The position numbers and the translations under genes are program-made. Below, piece after piece: positions 38,761 to 48,992 of a stretch of DNA of 64,000 nucleotides; position 1 is the first letter of the stretch; the number at the start of each line of letters is the position of its first letter. The notes beneath the pieces were generated by a model. That model did no database searches, was not told the DNA's origin, and was given only the letters and a program-made list of their open reading frames with translations. Source of the DNA: Candidatus Undinarchaeales archaeon (GTDB lineage: Archaea; SpSt-1190; JASMDC01); assembly GCA_030753015.1 (NCBI GenBank), contig JASMDC010000011.1, positions 28,844 to 92,843 on the forward strand. Reading direction: 5' to 3'.

Positions 38761-39314
38761 TTGCCCGCTATACGCAAGCATCGCTCCCTGGTGCTCGGGC
38801 CGTTAACGTTCCTGCATGCAACCTCAGCGAGCCCGATGGGGAGCTTGCGTGTGCTCACGATGTGGAGGATGCACGAGTCCCGGAGTCCAGAGTTCTGAAT
38901 GGCGCGGCACACGAACATGGCCCCCTGAGGATCCGTCTGCGAGGAACGACGTGCGAGGTCCAGCAGGCATCCTTCTCGGCGGTCGCCCACGCAAAGGACG
39001 GCCCCCGCCTCCACTCCTGCGCTCCCTTCGCTACGGGATACGGCGGCCTGGGCGAGACAGGGCTCCACTTGTCCGGGATCGCCGATCTGGGCGAGACAGA
39101 GCTGCTTTGCGCCCTCTGCGTCCGTTCGCGCCAGTTCCGATGCCTGCTCGATGTAGCACTGGTCTCTTCGTGTCCCGGACGGTTCGATCGTACAGTCCCG
39201 TAAGGCCTCCTCCATTATGGGGGATGACGAGAGATAGCTGGTGATAAAGAAGAGCGCGAGGACAGCTGCGAGGACAGCTGCGATGAACACGACGCCACTC
39301 CTACCTCTAGCCAT
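38757..39314 (-). CDS. Membrane-anchored Cys-rich repeat protein
   Basis: N-terminal TM; five C..I/V....R..C helical repeats. Confidence 0.7.
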   Translation of the reverse strand: MARGRSGVVFIAAVLAAVLALFFITSYLSSSPIMEEALRDCTIEPSGTRRDQCYIEQASELARTDAEGAKQLCLAQIGDPGQVEPCLAQAAVSRSEGSAGVEAGAVLCVGDRREGCLLDLARRSSQTDPQGAMFVCRAIQNSGLRDSCILHIVSTRKLPIGLAEVACRNVNGPSTRERCLRIAGN

Positions 39315-39431
39315 TGCTCACGGTGTACCGGCTAGGAGTTAAATTGGTATCCCCCATTCGCCTCGATGCGAACACCTAAAGGGAACGTTTAAAACCGATC
39401 TCGTACAGTCGAATGGGCTTAGTGAGGCGTT

Positions 39432-39653
39432 ATGTACCGAGCAAGAGAGATCGAGAACGAAGTGATGCACAAGATGGCCTGGATGCAGGCGAACGGTGAC
39501 ACCCGGATCGTCGGGCTCACGGCTCTCGCCCGCGTCACCGGTATGGGGCACAAGGATGTTGGTCGCGCCCTCCAGCGCCTTCTCGTCCGTGGTGACGTTG
39601 GCAAGGTGCTCCGGGGACGCCGCTCCGGCTACTTCCTGAGCTCTATGTCCTAG
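39432..39653 (+). CDS. Small winged-helix protein
   Basis: GLTALARVTGMGHKDVGRALQRL..RG.V....GRRSGYFL; GAGG SD. Confidence 0.6.
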   Translation: MYRAREIENEVMHKMAWMQANGDTRIVGLTALARVTGMGHKDVGRALQRLLVRGDVGKVLRGRRSGYFLSSMS

Positions 39654-39750
39654 GGATCACTCCGCCTTACGGGCACTCCTGCCGAAAAGTTTATTGCCCT
39701 GTAACGACAGAGAATATATTGGACAGGGTTTACCGGTCGGAGGATGTCGT

Positions 39751-40860
39751 ATGGGCTCGTTTCAGAGGCTTATTTTCCTAGTATATGTTCTGCTGTTGGT
39801 CCCCGGACTCGCCTTTGAGGTGAGGCCCGCGGGCGAGATCGTGCACACGAGCGAGGTGTTCGGTATCATTCTGGGCGACGGCGAGGTGTACACGGTCGGT
39901 GGGAACGGCCGTCTACGCGTGCTCGATACGAGCGACCATGCTCAGCTGAGCTCCGTCCCGATTACCGACGGCTGGTCATCAGCCCTTGCCGAATCGGGTG
40001 GCGACATCTTCATCGGGAACGATGACGGCACGATCGCGGTCGTGGGCCGGCGAGATCTCGTCGAGCGCTCCCGGCTCTTCCTGGGCGCCCCTGTGCACTC
40101 AGTGTTCGCCGACGCGCGAGTGGTGGTCGGTGCCACCGAGGGCGGGCCCGTGGTCGTGTTCGACGCGGTGACGCTCGCAGAGCGCGGACGACTGTTCGGC
40201 GAGCCGTTCTTCCACGGGGCCGTGGTTGACGGTCGTTATATCTACGCCGGTGGCGGCGGGAATCCCTGTGGGGCCGATGATGGCCCAGGGAGTGTGACTA
40301 TTTGGGCGCGGGATGACCTTGCCCGGGTGACCAGGATCCCGACCTCTTCCTTTATCTGGACGGTCGCTGTGGATGGATCCCGGATCCTGACCGGCGCCCA
40401 GGACGGGTGGCTGCGCGTGTTCGACAGGACAACCTTCGGGCGACGGGACCTCATCGACATGGGGAGCGCGGTATACTCTCTCCTAGTAGGTCCCCGCCAC
40501 GTCTACGTGGGCCTGAAGGACGGACGGGTCCGCGTGCTAGACAGCGCCACCCTCGAGGAACGCGCAACTGTACGGGCGGGCTCCGCTATCTGGGCGCTCG
40601 CGACCGACGGGGCACGCCTCTACACCGGTGGTGAGGACGGCGTTATGCGTGCGTGGGACCTTGGATCGGCCGTACGGACCTCGGACCTGCCCGGGTCGTC
40701 AGCGCTCTACACGCCCGCATCGGCCCAGACGCTCGAGCCCGGTGTCGTCACTCTGGCAGGGATGGCGGGCAGGGAACCGGTCCGCGTGTCACAGGTGTCC
40801 TGGCTCTGGCGCATGACGTCCACCGAGAGCTCGGGCGTCACCCTCATGACGTTGGGATGA
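39751..40860 (+). CDS. Secreted WD40-like beta-propeller
   Basis: Signal peptide; repeated TG..DG.L/V..WD. Confidence 0.75.
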   Translation: MGSFQRLIFLVYVLLLVPGLAFEVRPAGEIVHTSEVFGIILGDGEVYTVGGNGRLRVLDTSDHAQLSSVPITDGWSSALAESGGDIFIGNDDGTIAVVGRRDLVERSRLFLGAPVHSVFADARVVVGATEGGPVVVFDAVTLAERGRLFGEPFFHGAVVDGRYIYAGGGGNPCGADDGPGSVTIWARDDLARVTRIPTSSFIWTVAVDGSRILTGAQDGWLRVFDRTTFGRRDLIDMGSAVYSLLVGPRHVYVGLKDGRVRVLDSATLEERATVRAGSAIWALATDGARLYTGGEDGVMRAWDLGSAVRTSDLPGSSALYTPASAQTLEPGVVTLAGMAGREPVRVSQVSWLWRMTSTESSGVTLMTLG

Positions 40861-41559
40861 TCACTGCTCGGGAGGCCAGGTCCCCTGGTAGGGCTGCTGT
40901 TGCTGCTGTTGAGGGTACGCCTGCTGGTAACCGTAAGCGGTCTGGTATCCCATCGTTTGTTCGGGCCGGGGCTGCATGGCCACACCCCGCTCCCGGTGGG
41001 GCATGAGGACGAGACCGAGGGTGACGACCAGGATCAGGATGATGACCGGGCCTGGTGTGATCATGTCGTTCAGACCCGGCTTGCGTGCGGGCTTTGGAGG
41101 CGGTCTGATCTCCACTGTCGTGTCCGGCGAGGATGTTGCGTTGGGCGTCACTGTCGGGAGCTCGGTGGGACGCTCGGGTGGCGGCAGCACCTCGCCGAGG
41201 ACGTCGATGATCACGTCCCTTCGCACCAGCTCCCGTTTGGCCCTGCGCACGGATAGTCCGAGGACGATGGTCCCCGGCGCCTGGGCGGTGTAGTTGTAGG
41301 TGAACTCGTACGAGCTTTTCGGTGCGATATCGGGCAGCCGGCGCGCGAGCGTTCCGGATGCATAGAGCTTGAGGCTCCGCGCGGGGTCATCGCCCGAATT
41401 GGTGATGTTGACATGGAGCGCAGCGGCCTGGCCGGACTCCAAAGAGAGCTGGTCGGGGGACACTTGAAGACGAATGATAGATTCTGATGCTCCGAGCGCC
41501 ATGGCTGCTACCAGGACGGTGAGGAGGAGCCTTAGTCGCAACATCCGTTCATCCCTCAT
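40861..41559 (-). CDS. CARDB/Ig-like membrane protein with Gln-rich tail
   Basis: Signal peptide, VNITNSG, PT linker, TM, YQQAYPQQQQQQ. Confidence 0.7.
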   Translation of the reverse strand: MRDERMLRLRLLLTVLVAAMALGASESIIRLQVSPDQLSLESGQAAALHVNITNSGDDPARSLKLYASGTLARRLPDIAPKSSYEFTYNYTAQAPGTIVLGLSVRRAKRELVRRDVIIDVLGEVLPPPERPTELPTVTPNATSSPDTTVEIRPPPKPARKPGLNDMITPGPVIILILVVTLGLVLMPHRERGVAMQPRPEQTMGYQTAYGYQQAYPQQQQQQPYQGTWPPEQ

Positions 41560-41660
41560 ACTGTTACACGCGACGGACCTTCTATCGCTCTCTACCTGGA
41601 TTCGGCAGGACGGGGCCCAGTTCTATCTAACGGCCCGCCCGCCGGGGAAAGACCTCGCCC

Positions 41661-41903
41661 TCACTTCATGATGTTGACGAGGACGTAGGCCATACCCAGG
41701 ATAAGGGCGGAGAAGATCATGGCCACGGATGTATTGTTCTCCTTCAGCTCCTTGATCTCGTCTATGCCATGGGTGGCCTTGTCCCACAGTTTGATGGCCA
41801 CAAGACATCCCATCGCGTAGAGAAGGATACCAATGAGCCCCCAGAACACCGCGAACCCTGCATTGACGATCTGCTGGTTCATCTCAGCTGCTAGTACTGC
41901 CAT
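41661..41903 (-). CDS. DUF350-like small membrane protein
   Basis: TM-IDEIKELKENNTSVA-TM. Confidence 0.75.
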   Translation of the reverse strand: MAVLAAEMNQQIVNAGFAVFWGLIGILLYAMGCLVAIKLWDKATHGIDEIKELKENNTSVAMIFSALILGMAYVLVNIMK

Positions 41904-41912
41904 AGTTCACCT

Positions 41913-43472
41913 TCACCTCTTGAAGACTACGATAAGCATGATGAGAATAAAGCCCCCCACGGCCCCGCCCGCGACTGCGGCCTCTGTCGAGGAGAGGGAG
42001 AGTCCCTCTGACTTGAGGGTGACGCCCGCGTCCTTGCCGAAGTCGTACGCCGCCTCGACGTTCTGCTTCGCGAAGGACTTGCCCACGGCCTTGCCCGGCT
42101 CGATGCGCTGGGCTGTGTGGGCTTCCTCCACGGCAGGTGTGGGGACCTCCTCTTTGAGGGAGGGTGTGTCCGTAATCTCGATGGGCGTGTCGACGGGAAC
42201 GACGCGCTCGGCACCACTGGAGGCAGGTTCCCCTCGCTCGAGGTCGGCAAGAGGGAGGGCGTCGATGCCCGTGGTGAGGACCGTCCCCTTGTTGTACATG
42301 AGCGTGTAGTCGTGAACGATCTCGGGACGGTCGCCGTAGAACGACAGCTTGATGTTGGATACAGCGCTCTCAGTACTGTATGAGAGAATGACGTGAGATG
42401 CGGGTGTGTAGCCGAAGATGTCCCATGTGGCATCGATGCCTCGCCACTTGCCGTTCAGATAGCTTGCTGCCCAGGCGTGGCCCGTGTCGCCGGTGATGCC
42501 TGACATGGACAGGCCGGGAACGCCCTGTGCCCGTGTGAATGCGAGATAAAGGTCGGTGAATTCGTTGCAGTCCCCCTTGCGGTTCGTGTAGGCCCAGTCG
42601 GATCCCATCCGTTCTTCCATCTTAATGTACTCGATGCTACCGGCCACCCAGTCGAACACCTTCTTGGGATCGGAGATCTCCTTGAGACGGAGGTCCATGG
42701 CAGGGGTCACTGACCAGAACGTACTGTCGGGTTTGGTACCGTTATCCCGGGGGTAATCCACCAGGTCGTCCGACGTGTGCACGAGCACGTCCTGTACGAT
42801 CGTGTGGACCTTCGTGCCCGTCACCTCCTTCATCTCGATCTTCGCGTACTCAAGGCCCTCGATGTCCGTCGTTATGCCCTCCGGTTCCGTGGAGAGCACC
42901 TCCTGGTTTCGCGTCTGCTGGGCCACGAGCACATGGAGCGTGAGGTCGGTGGTGCTGTCACCCTTGATGGTAATTGTCTGGGAGAGCGTGTAGCGCGCTT
43001 CCTTGAGCATGGCGGTGAAGCTCACATCCGAGGAAGCCATGAACCCGGTCCACCCATCTTTCGTTACCGGCTGCTCCTCGGTGTTGATGGTGACGATGGA
43101 GATGTCCTCGGGGACCCACACGGTGACGTTGTCGGTGGGGAAGGCGCCGCCATATGAGATATAGGGCTTCTCCTCGTACCCCATGGAGTAGAGGATGAGG
43201 ATCTGTGGGTGCTCGCCGATGGTGATCTTGAAGCTCGCCCCGTCCTGCTCGTACTTCACGTCCCCTCCTGCGTCCTTGATCCCCTTCACGGTGGCCGTGT
43301 CCGGGAGGGTGATGGTGAGCACGGCATGCGGGGGCACGTCCAGTGTCCATCCGATGATTATCTCCCATGGTGCGATGACGTAGATATCCGTCGAATCAGC
43401 GCATCCATTGATTGGAAGGAGCGCGAGGGCGAGGAGGATGACAGCGAGCTTCCCGGGGAGACGTCCTTCCAT
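41913..43472 (-). CDS. Secreted/anchored transglutaminase-like protein
   Basis: GDCNEF, GHAWA and IDATW triad motifs; signal peptide and C-terminal TM. Confidence 0.88.
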   Translation of the reverse strand: MEGRLPGKLAVILLALALLPINGCADSTDIYVIAPWEIIIGWTLDVPPHAVLTITLPDTATVKGIKDAGGDVKYEQDGASFKITIGEHPQILILYSMGYEEKPYISYGGAFPTDNVTVWVPEDISIVTINTEEQPVTKDGWTGFMASSDVSFTAMLKEARYTLSQTITIKGDSTTDLTLHVLVAQQTRNQEVLSTEPEGITTDIEGLEYAKIEMKEVTGTKVHTIVQDVLVHTSDDLVDYPRDNGTKPDSTFWSVTPAMDLRLKEISDPKKVFDWVAGSIEYIKMEERMGSDWAYTNRKGDCNEFTDLYLAFTRAQGVPGLSMSGITGDTGHAWAASYLNGKWRGIDATWDIFGYTPASHVILSYSTESAVSNIKLSFYGDRPEIVHDYTLMYNKGTVLTTGIDALPLADLERGEPASSGAERVVPVDTPIEITDTPSLKEEVPTPAVEEAHTAQRIEPGKAVGKSFAKQNVEAAYDFGKDAGVTLKSEGLSLSSTEAAVAGGAVGGFILIMLIVVFKR

Positions 43473-43560
43473 TATTAGCGACAAGCGGCGAAGGCTTTTA
43501 TTGTTATGCCCAGCGCGCATCTCGCAAAACTTTTTATCGTGTACGGTCCCGCAACAGTAC

Positions 43561-44541
43561 ATGGAGCGTAGCGATGCGGCGTTGGTGGTCGTACTGGCCA
43601 TCATGTTCCTCACGCTCGCTCTGCGAGGGGACGGGCCCGAAGCGATCGCGCGCCATCCCTCGGCTCCTGATTCGATCGCTCTGGGCGCTCTGTTCGCAGA
43701 CCTCGCGAACATGCGCGTGGGCGATAACTTCACGTTTGTCAAGGGTGAGGACGTCGTGTCCCTCTGGTGCACCGGGGAGGGCAAGCAGGGTGATATCGAG
43801 CTGCGTGTCATCGAGACACTGGACCGTCGTTTCGTTATCGATGATGTCGGCCGGATACACGCGGTGTACGAGCTCCTTCAGGACAACACTGCTGTGCCCC
43901 TCCTGGAACGGCGACCGGAAGAGGGCGCGCTCGAGGCCACCGATCTCGAGGAGGTCGAGGTCGCCCTTGCCGTCCTTTCCAGCATGAGCCCTCCTCATAT
44001 CATGGGCCTGAGGAACGGCACCTGCCTCAACGGTGTGGTGCTCGTGCCCGGGACATACGCCACGGACTACCCGGAGCCAGGTTCGACGGTGACCGTCGAG
44101 AAGGGTGAGGGCGGGATTCTCGCCCGGTTCGGCCCCCTGCACGTGTTCGATTGGGAGAGCGTACCGGGCACAGGAGAGGCGGGGCTGCGGCGGTACCTGA
44201 ACGATAGTCTGGGCGTGTCATGGGCCCTTGGGGCCGAGATCAGCCGGGATCCGGCCGGCGACCATATTAACCTCACCGCGCCGGGCCACTGGGCGTCTTT
44301 CATCCTTGATCCGAGCACGGGGGGCGTGGTGCTGCAGACCGATGAAGGGGGTGTCAGGGGCCTGACAATACGCCGCGAGAACGGCCGCGTGATTGTGTAC
44401 GACCACGATCTCAGCCTGCTACTCGATCCGGAACTCCCCGTGGCCAGAATGGGGTTCGACCACACGACGGGCGAGATCTGGGTGTGGGACTGGCACCTAG
44501 AGGATCCTGGCCGGCTGCTCAACTGCACCTGGCTGACGTGA
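43561..44541 (+). CDS. Exported hypothetical protein carrying the FxWxxVPG module
   Basis: N-terminal TM; module at 44140-44400. Confidence 0.7.
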   Translation: MERSDAALVVVLAIMFLTLALRGDGPEAIARHPSAPDSIALGALFADLANMRVGDNFTFVKGEDVVSLWCTGEGKQGDIELRVIETLDRRFVIDDVGRIHAVYELLQDNTAVPLLERRPEEGALEATDLEEVEVALAVLSSMSPPHIMGLRNGTCLNGVVLVPGTYATDYPEPGSTVTVEKGEGGILARFGPLHVFDWESVPGTGEAGLRRYLNDSLGVSWALGAEISRDPAGDHINLTAPGHWASFILDPSTGGVVLQTDEGGVRGLTIRRENGRVIVYDHDLSLLLDPELPVARMGFDHTTGEIWVWDWHLEDPGRLLNCTWLT

Positions 44542-44556
44542 GCGCGTGAGGAGCGG

Positions 44557-45123
44557 CTATACCAGGAGCTTCGAAACGTAGTTGATGAGCTCGATGGATG
44601 AACGCAGGTTCTCGCCCTTGAGCGGCTCGGGCCGGAACTCCACCTCGACGAGCGTGGAACCACTGGACCGGGGATCGTCCTTGCAGATGATCTCGAGACG
44701 CTCGAACCGGGAGACGTCGTCCGTTGCGACGACCAAGCGGCGCACCTCGGGGTCCGCCACGATGGACTGTGCGAACTGCTCGTTATCGGCGGTGATGTTG
44801 TACCGCTTGTCAAAAGCGTTGTCACCCGATTCGATGTCCCGCTGGAGCGCGGACAGGTAACCTTCATGGGTGAGGAGCATGTTCAACCGCTTCCCGCGGT
44901 TGCAGACCGCCCGGACGTTGAGCGTGAGGACCGGCCGCGTCAGGATCGGGAGCGCGCTCTCCGCCCGCGTGCTCCATACGCTCACCTCGAAGCCTCGGAT
45001 GGGGGCTCCCGGGCCGAAGAACCGGATGAACTCGAGCTTGTTCATATCGACCATGACGTTGGCGCCTAAAAGTTCCCGGAAGGCGGTTGCCGCCTCCTCC
45101 TTGAAGGTGTCCTCTTTCCCCAT
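44557..45123 (-). CDS. Hypothetical protein
   Basis: 188 aa; IESGDNAFDKRYNI motif. Confidence 0.65.
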   Translation of the reverse strand: MGKEDTFKEEAATAFRELLGANVMVDMNKLEFIRFFGPGAPIRGFEVSVWSTRAESALPILTRPVLTLNVRAVCNRGKRLNMLLTHEGYLSALQRDIESGDNAFDKRYNITADNEQFAQSIVADPEVRRLVVATDDVSRFERLEIICKDDPRSSGSTLVEVEFRPEPLKGENLRSSIELINYVSKLLV

Positions 45124-45310
45124 GAGACCTTAAGGACCGCTCAGTTATTAATGCTTTATCGAACGGCTGGCCGTAGATATCTATCAGGTCGTCGGCACGT
45201 GTATATCAGTCTTTTTCATCTATTTTCGACTGGATGAAAGCGCTTACAGGCGTGTTCAGAGAATCCATATAACCCATTTCAGTGCTCAAGTGTGATGAAG
45301 ATGATGCCCC

Positions 45311-46603
45311 ATGGAACGATCTATCGAGAACAAATGGCGGCGAACAGCGCTCCTTGCATCAGGTCTAGTGGTCATCGTCATCCTGGCCATGGTCATCCGG
45401 GAACCTCCGCCGCCGAAGGCTCTGAACGAGGCGGAGCGTGCCTCGGGCCATATGGGGACGGTTAGTACCATAGGAATCATAGACACAGGCCAGGACCGCT
45501 GCTATGACACCTCACAGGAGATACCCTGTCCGCGACCGGGCGAGGCGTTCTATGGACAGGACTCACAATACGAAGGCGACCAGTTCTCTTATATCGATAA
45601 CGGCGACGGCACCGTGACCGATCTGAACACGGGCCTGATGTGGCAGAAGGATCCGGGGGACAAGGTCACCTTTGACGATGCGCTCACAATAGCGGATACA
45701 CTTGAGCTCGCCGGTCATGACGACTGGAGGGTACCGACGATCAAAGAGCTGTACACCCTGATGGACTTCCGAGGGGGGTCCGGAAGGACGGAGGCCGAGA
45801 GCACTCCGTACCTCGACACCACCATCTTCGAGTTCCGGTTCGGGGACACGAGCGCAGGTGAGCGGCTCATCGATGCCCAGTTCCTCAGCTCGAACGAGTA
45901 CGTCTCGACAACGATGAACAACGATGCAACGGTCTTCGGTGTGAACTTCGCGGACGGGCGTATCAAGGGATACCCGAAATTGGATCCTCGGAGCCGGACA
46001 GGGAAGCCGATGTTCGTGCGATACGTTCGTGGGAACGCCTATGGTGAGAACGCATTCGTCGACAACGGTGACGGGACGGTCACTGACAACAGCACGGGGC
46101 TGACATGGCTGCAGCAGGATAGCGGTGGCCACAAGGCGGGAGCGAACGGAGGCCTGGACTGGGAGCAGGCGCTGTCCTGGTGCGAAGGACTGTCCTATGC
46201 CGGGCACGATGACTGGCGACTCCCGAACGCGAAGGAGCTGCAGGGGATCGTCGATTACACCCGGTCGCCGGACACCACAAGCTCACCTGCCATCGATCCC
46301 GTATTCGCGACGTCCTCGATAACTGACGAGGGTGGGAGCACCAACTATCCGTTCTTCTGGACGGGCACGACACATCTCGAGGGCGGCAGGGCCGAGGCAG
46401 CGGTCTACGTTGCCTTCGGCGAGGCTCTCGGGTTCATGCGGATGCCTCCTTACTCCCTGGACACCACGTTGATGGACGTGCACGGCGCAGGTGCCCAGCG
46501 GAGCGATCCGAAGACGGGCGACCCGTCCGCGTACCCCACCGGCCGCGGGCCCCAGGGCGACGTAATCCGTATCTACAACTACGCACGGTGCGTCCGGGGA
46601 TAA
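45311..46603 (+). CDS. Tandem DUF1566 (Lcl C-terminal) domain protein
   Basis: DTGQ..CY; two DNGDGTVTD..TGL.W / DWR.P..KEL units; ends RCVRG. Confidence 0.92.
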   Translation: MERSIENKWRRTALLASGLVVIVILAMVIREPPPPKALNEAERASGHMGTVSTIGIIDTGQDRCYDTSQEIPCPRPGEAFYGQDSQYEGDQFSYIDNGDGTVTDLNTGLMWQKDPGDKVTFDDALTIADTLELAGHDDWRVPTIKELYTLMDFRGGSGRTEAESTPYLDTTIFEFRFGDTSAGERLIDAQFLSSNEYVSTTMNNDATVFGVNFADGRIKGYPKLDPRSRTGKPMFVRYVRGNAYGENAFVDNGDGTVTDNSTGLTWLQQDSGGHKAGANGGLDWEQALSWCEGLSYAGHDDWRLPNAKELQGIVDYTRSPDTTSSPAIDPVFATSSITDEGGSTNYPFFWTGTTHLEGGRAEAAVYVAFGEALGFMRMPPYSLDTTLMDVHGAGAQRSDPKTGDPSAYPTGRGPQGDVIRIYNYARCVRG

Positions 46604-46630
46604 GGATAGCTTAGAAGAAAAGAATGGGAC

Positions 46631-46655
46631 GTCCCCCCGGACCTACCGGGGGGAC
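46631..46655. terminator. GC hairpin between convergent genes
   Basis: GTCCCCCCGG-ACCTA-CCGGGGGGAC perfect 10-bp stem. Confidence 0.7.
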
Positions 46656-46675
46656 CGTCCGATCGTTCCGAGGTC

Positions 46676-47494
46676 CTACTTGAGGAAGTCGGAGAGCGTC
46701 TCAGGACCGTTTTCCAGGAGCTCGTCCATGGTGGTGCCGTTGCGCTCGACCACGTCCTCGATGTAGCCGACACCCAGCACGTACTGGGCCATCTTTATCT
46801 GGCCCAGGATGAACATGTCCATGAACCCGACCTCACCGCGCTTGGCACGCTCCTCGACCTCGATGAGCGCCTCGATGTTCTCGCGGTAGAATTCCTTGGC
46901 GCCGACGTAGCCTTCCTGGTACTTCTCGGACGCGGCCTCCCAGGCGGCAGCGTTGCGCTCGTTGTCCGCAGCGTGCTCCTTGAGCATGTTGATCGACATG
47001 TACTCGGCCTGGCCCTCTGCGATGGCCATGACCGGGAAGCTCCAAGTCGCTGCCAGAAGCTGGGTCTGCAGGTCCTCTGTGGTACCGAACCGATCGTTGA
47101 TCTCCTTGGACAGCTCCACGGTGCTCATGGTGTTGCCCTGGTTGTGCTGGTAGGCGTGCACCAGCTCGTGTGCTAGCACGTAGTCCACCACGCTTTGGTC
47201 GACATCGTCACCGTTGCCCATCACGTAGTCCGAGATGAGCACCTGGTGGTTGATGTCGTCGTACATGCCCATGGCCTGATAGTACATGCTCTGGGCCATC
47301 ATATCGAGCTCTTCGGAGCTTCCGAGCTCCAGACCAGTCTCTCGGCCAAGGTCCTCGAGGTAGGAGCGGTAGTCCTTTTCGTTCGCGACGGTTATGTTGG
47401 GTCGTTCACCGAACGTGACACCAAAGTCGTTCTCGTAGTTGGTCGCGAATTCCTCAAGGCGGTCTTCGTAGGCCGCTACTTCTATCTCGTACAT
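46676..47494 (-). CDS. Acidic zincin-like metallopeptidase
   Basis: VLAHELVHAYQH and downstream EGQAEY motifs. Confidence 0.8.
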   Translation of the reverse strand: MYEIEVAAYEDRLEEFATNYENDFGVTFGERPNITVANEKDYRSYLEDLGRETGLELGSSEELDMMAQSMYYQAMGMYDDINHQVLISDYVMGNGDDVDQSVVDYVLAHELVHAYQHNQGNTMSTVELSKEINDRFGTTEDLQTQLLAATWSFPVMAIAEGQAEYMSINMLKEHAADNERNAAAWEAASEKYQEGYVGAKEFYRENIEALIEVEERAKRGEVGFMDMFILGQIKMAQYVLGVGYIEDVVERNGTTMDELLENGPETLSDFLK

Positions 47495-47691
47495 GTTCCG
47501 TCCCTTCCGTTCTGAGCGGCCCACCGAACAGCCTTAAATATAAAAAGGCATCTGTTCCTCGCGACCAGTGAAATGGCCCGTATACTCCCGTTCAGTACTG
47601 GGCTGATAAACATGATTCATGTGCCCTTCTGTCATGCGATTGCATGTCACGGAACATCTCTTTTTAGCGTTTTCCGGCCCCTCCACACTCC

Positions 47692-48492
47692 ATGAAGCTC
47701 CATGTCGCCACCTCACAAGGAGAGCTCACCCTTGTCGTGTCGGACAGCCTCTATTCACAGTGCGTGTTCGTCCGGCAGTGGGGGCTGCTGGTGGACCTGG
47801 GGGACTTCATGCTCCCCGACATGGCGGGAGTCCGCACCGTCCTCCTCACCCACTCTCATCTCGACCATGTCCTGCATGGTTGTGCAAAGCTCGCACTCTA
47901 CGCAAAGAAGAGGGACCGGACGGTACCAGTGTGGACCTCCCCGGAGGACGCAGAGCGTCTCCCGGAGCTCTTCGGCCAGCTGGCGGCCTTCGACCGCATC
48001 CCGGCACTGTTCGCGGCACTGGACGTGCGTCCGAGCGACGAGGTCGAGGTCCGGAGCGACCTGGTGGCACGTCCCTTCACGACCCGACATGCCATCCCAT
48101 CCAGGGGGTGGACCGTGTGGCGTCGGACATCGCACCTCTTACCGTCGTTCGAGGGTCTCTCCCAGGACGAGATAGCGGAACGGGCCCGGGCCGGGGAGCA
48201 GGTGGAGGGTGCGAGCGAGAAGCCACTGTTCACCTTCACGGGGGACACGACCCTGGCAGGAATCCCCGAGCACGCGCTGGAGAGCGAGGTGCTGGTAACC
48301 GAGTGCGCCATGCCCTCCAGAGGACCCGCCCTGGAACGGTTCGGCCATCTCTGCCCAGTGGACATCGAGGAGCTTCTTACCAGATTCACCGGGAGGGCCA
48401 TGGTCGTCACGCACACATCCCACAGGACCCGGGAAGAGCTCACTGGGATCGACGATTCACGGATGACGGTCGTCGGTGCCGAGGCGCCCTGA
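47692..48492 (+). CDS. MBL-fold hydrolase, short RNase Z-like
   Basis: THSHLDH, TRH, FTGDT, TEC, FGH and THTS.R motifs. Confidence 0.75.
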   Translation: MKLHVATSQGELTLVVSDSLYSQCVFVRQWGLLVDLGDFMLPDMAGVRTVLLTHSHLDHVLHGCAKLALYAKKRDRTVPVWTSPEDAERLPELFGQLAAFDRIPALFAALDVRPSDEVEVRSDLVARPFTTRHAIPSRGWTVWRRTSHLLPSFEGLSQDEIAERARAGEQVEGASEKPLFTFTGDTTLAGIPEHALESEVLVTECAMPSRGPALERFGHLCPVDIEELLTRFTGRAMVVTHTSHRTREELTGIDDSRMTVVGAEAP

Positions 48493-48530
48493 AGCAAACA
48501 AATTAAAGCCCTGCTGCGTGGTTGGATGCC

Positions 48531-48992
48531 ATGGGAGAACCCACCCCCGCCGACACACGGCTGGCCATCATGATCTACGGTTATGGCGATGACCAGGCGG
48601 AGGTAATCAAGGAGGGGCTCAGCAAGGCGATGGGAGGGCCCGTGGATGTCATCGGCGCCGATGGGCGTACCGGGGACACGGTCTTCGCTGTGGTCGACGA
48701 TGGCCCCGCTGGGATCTTCGAGGCCAGGGACGACCGGCTCTGCATGTTTCTGGGATTCGACCGGGACCAGATCCACGAGGCGATCATCCGGTTCCCCGTG
48801 AGCGAGGATCTGCCGCGGCCCATCTTCTGCGTGCTCACCGAGTCGAACGCCGAATGGACCGTCGAGCGACTTATCGCCCACCTAATCGAGGAGCGTGAGA
48901 ACTTCGTGCGGATGCAGCACGAGCACAAGCATGGCAATGGCTGCGACTGCGGCCATGACCACGGCCCTGGGCATCAACACAAGCACGAGTGA
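48531..48992 (+). CDS. DUF3783-like protein with His-rich tail
   Basis: PIFCVLTESNAEWT...LI.HL.EER; C-terminal HEHKHGNGCDCGHDH. Confidence 0.7.
   Translation: MGEPTPADTRLAIMIYGYGDDQAEVIKEGLSKAMGGPVDVIGADGRTGDTVFAVVDDGPAGIFEARDDRLCMFLGFDRDQIHEAIIRFPVSEDLPRPIFCVLTESNAEWTVERLIAHLIEERENFVRMQHEHKHGNGCDCGHDHGPGHQHKHE

Noticed and set aside
45311-46603. DUF1566 protein as a DGR target
   Set aside because: No reverse transcriptase or template repeat was seen in the window; a remote DGR cannot be excluded
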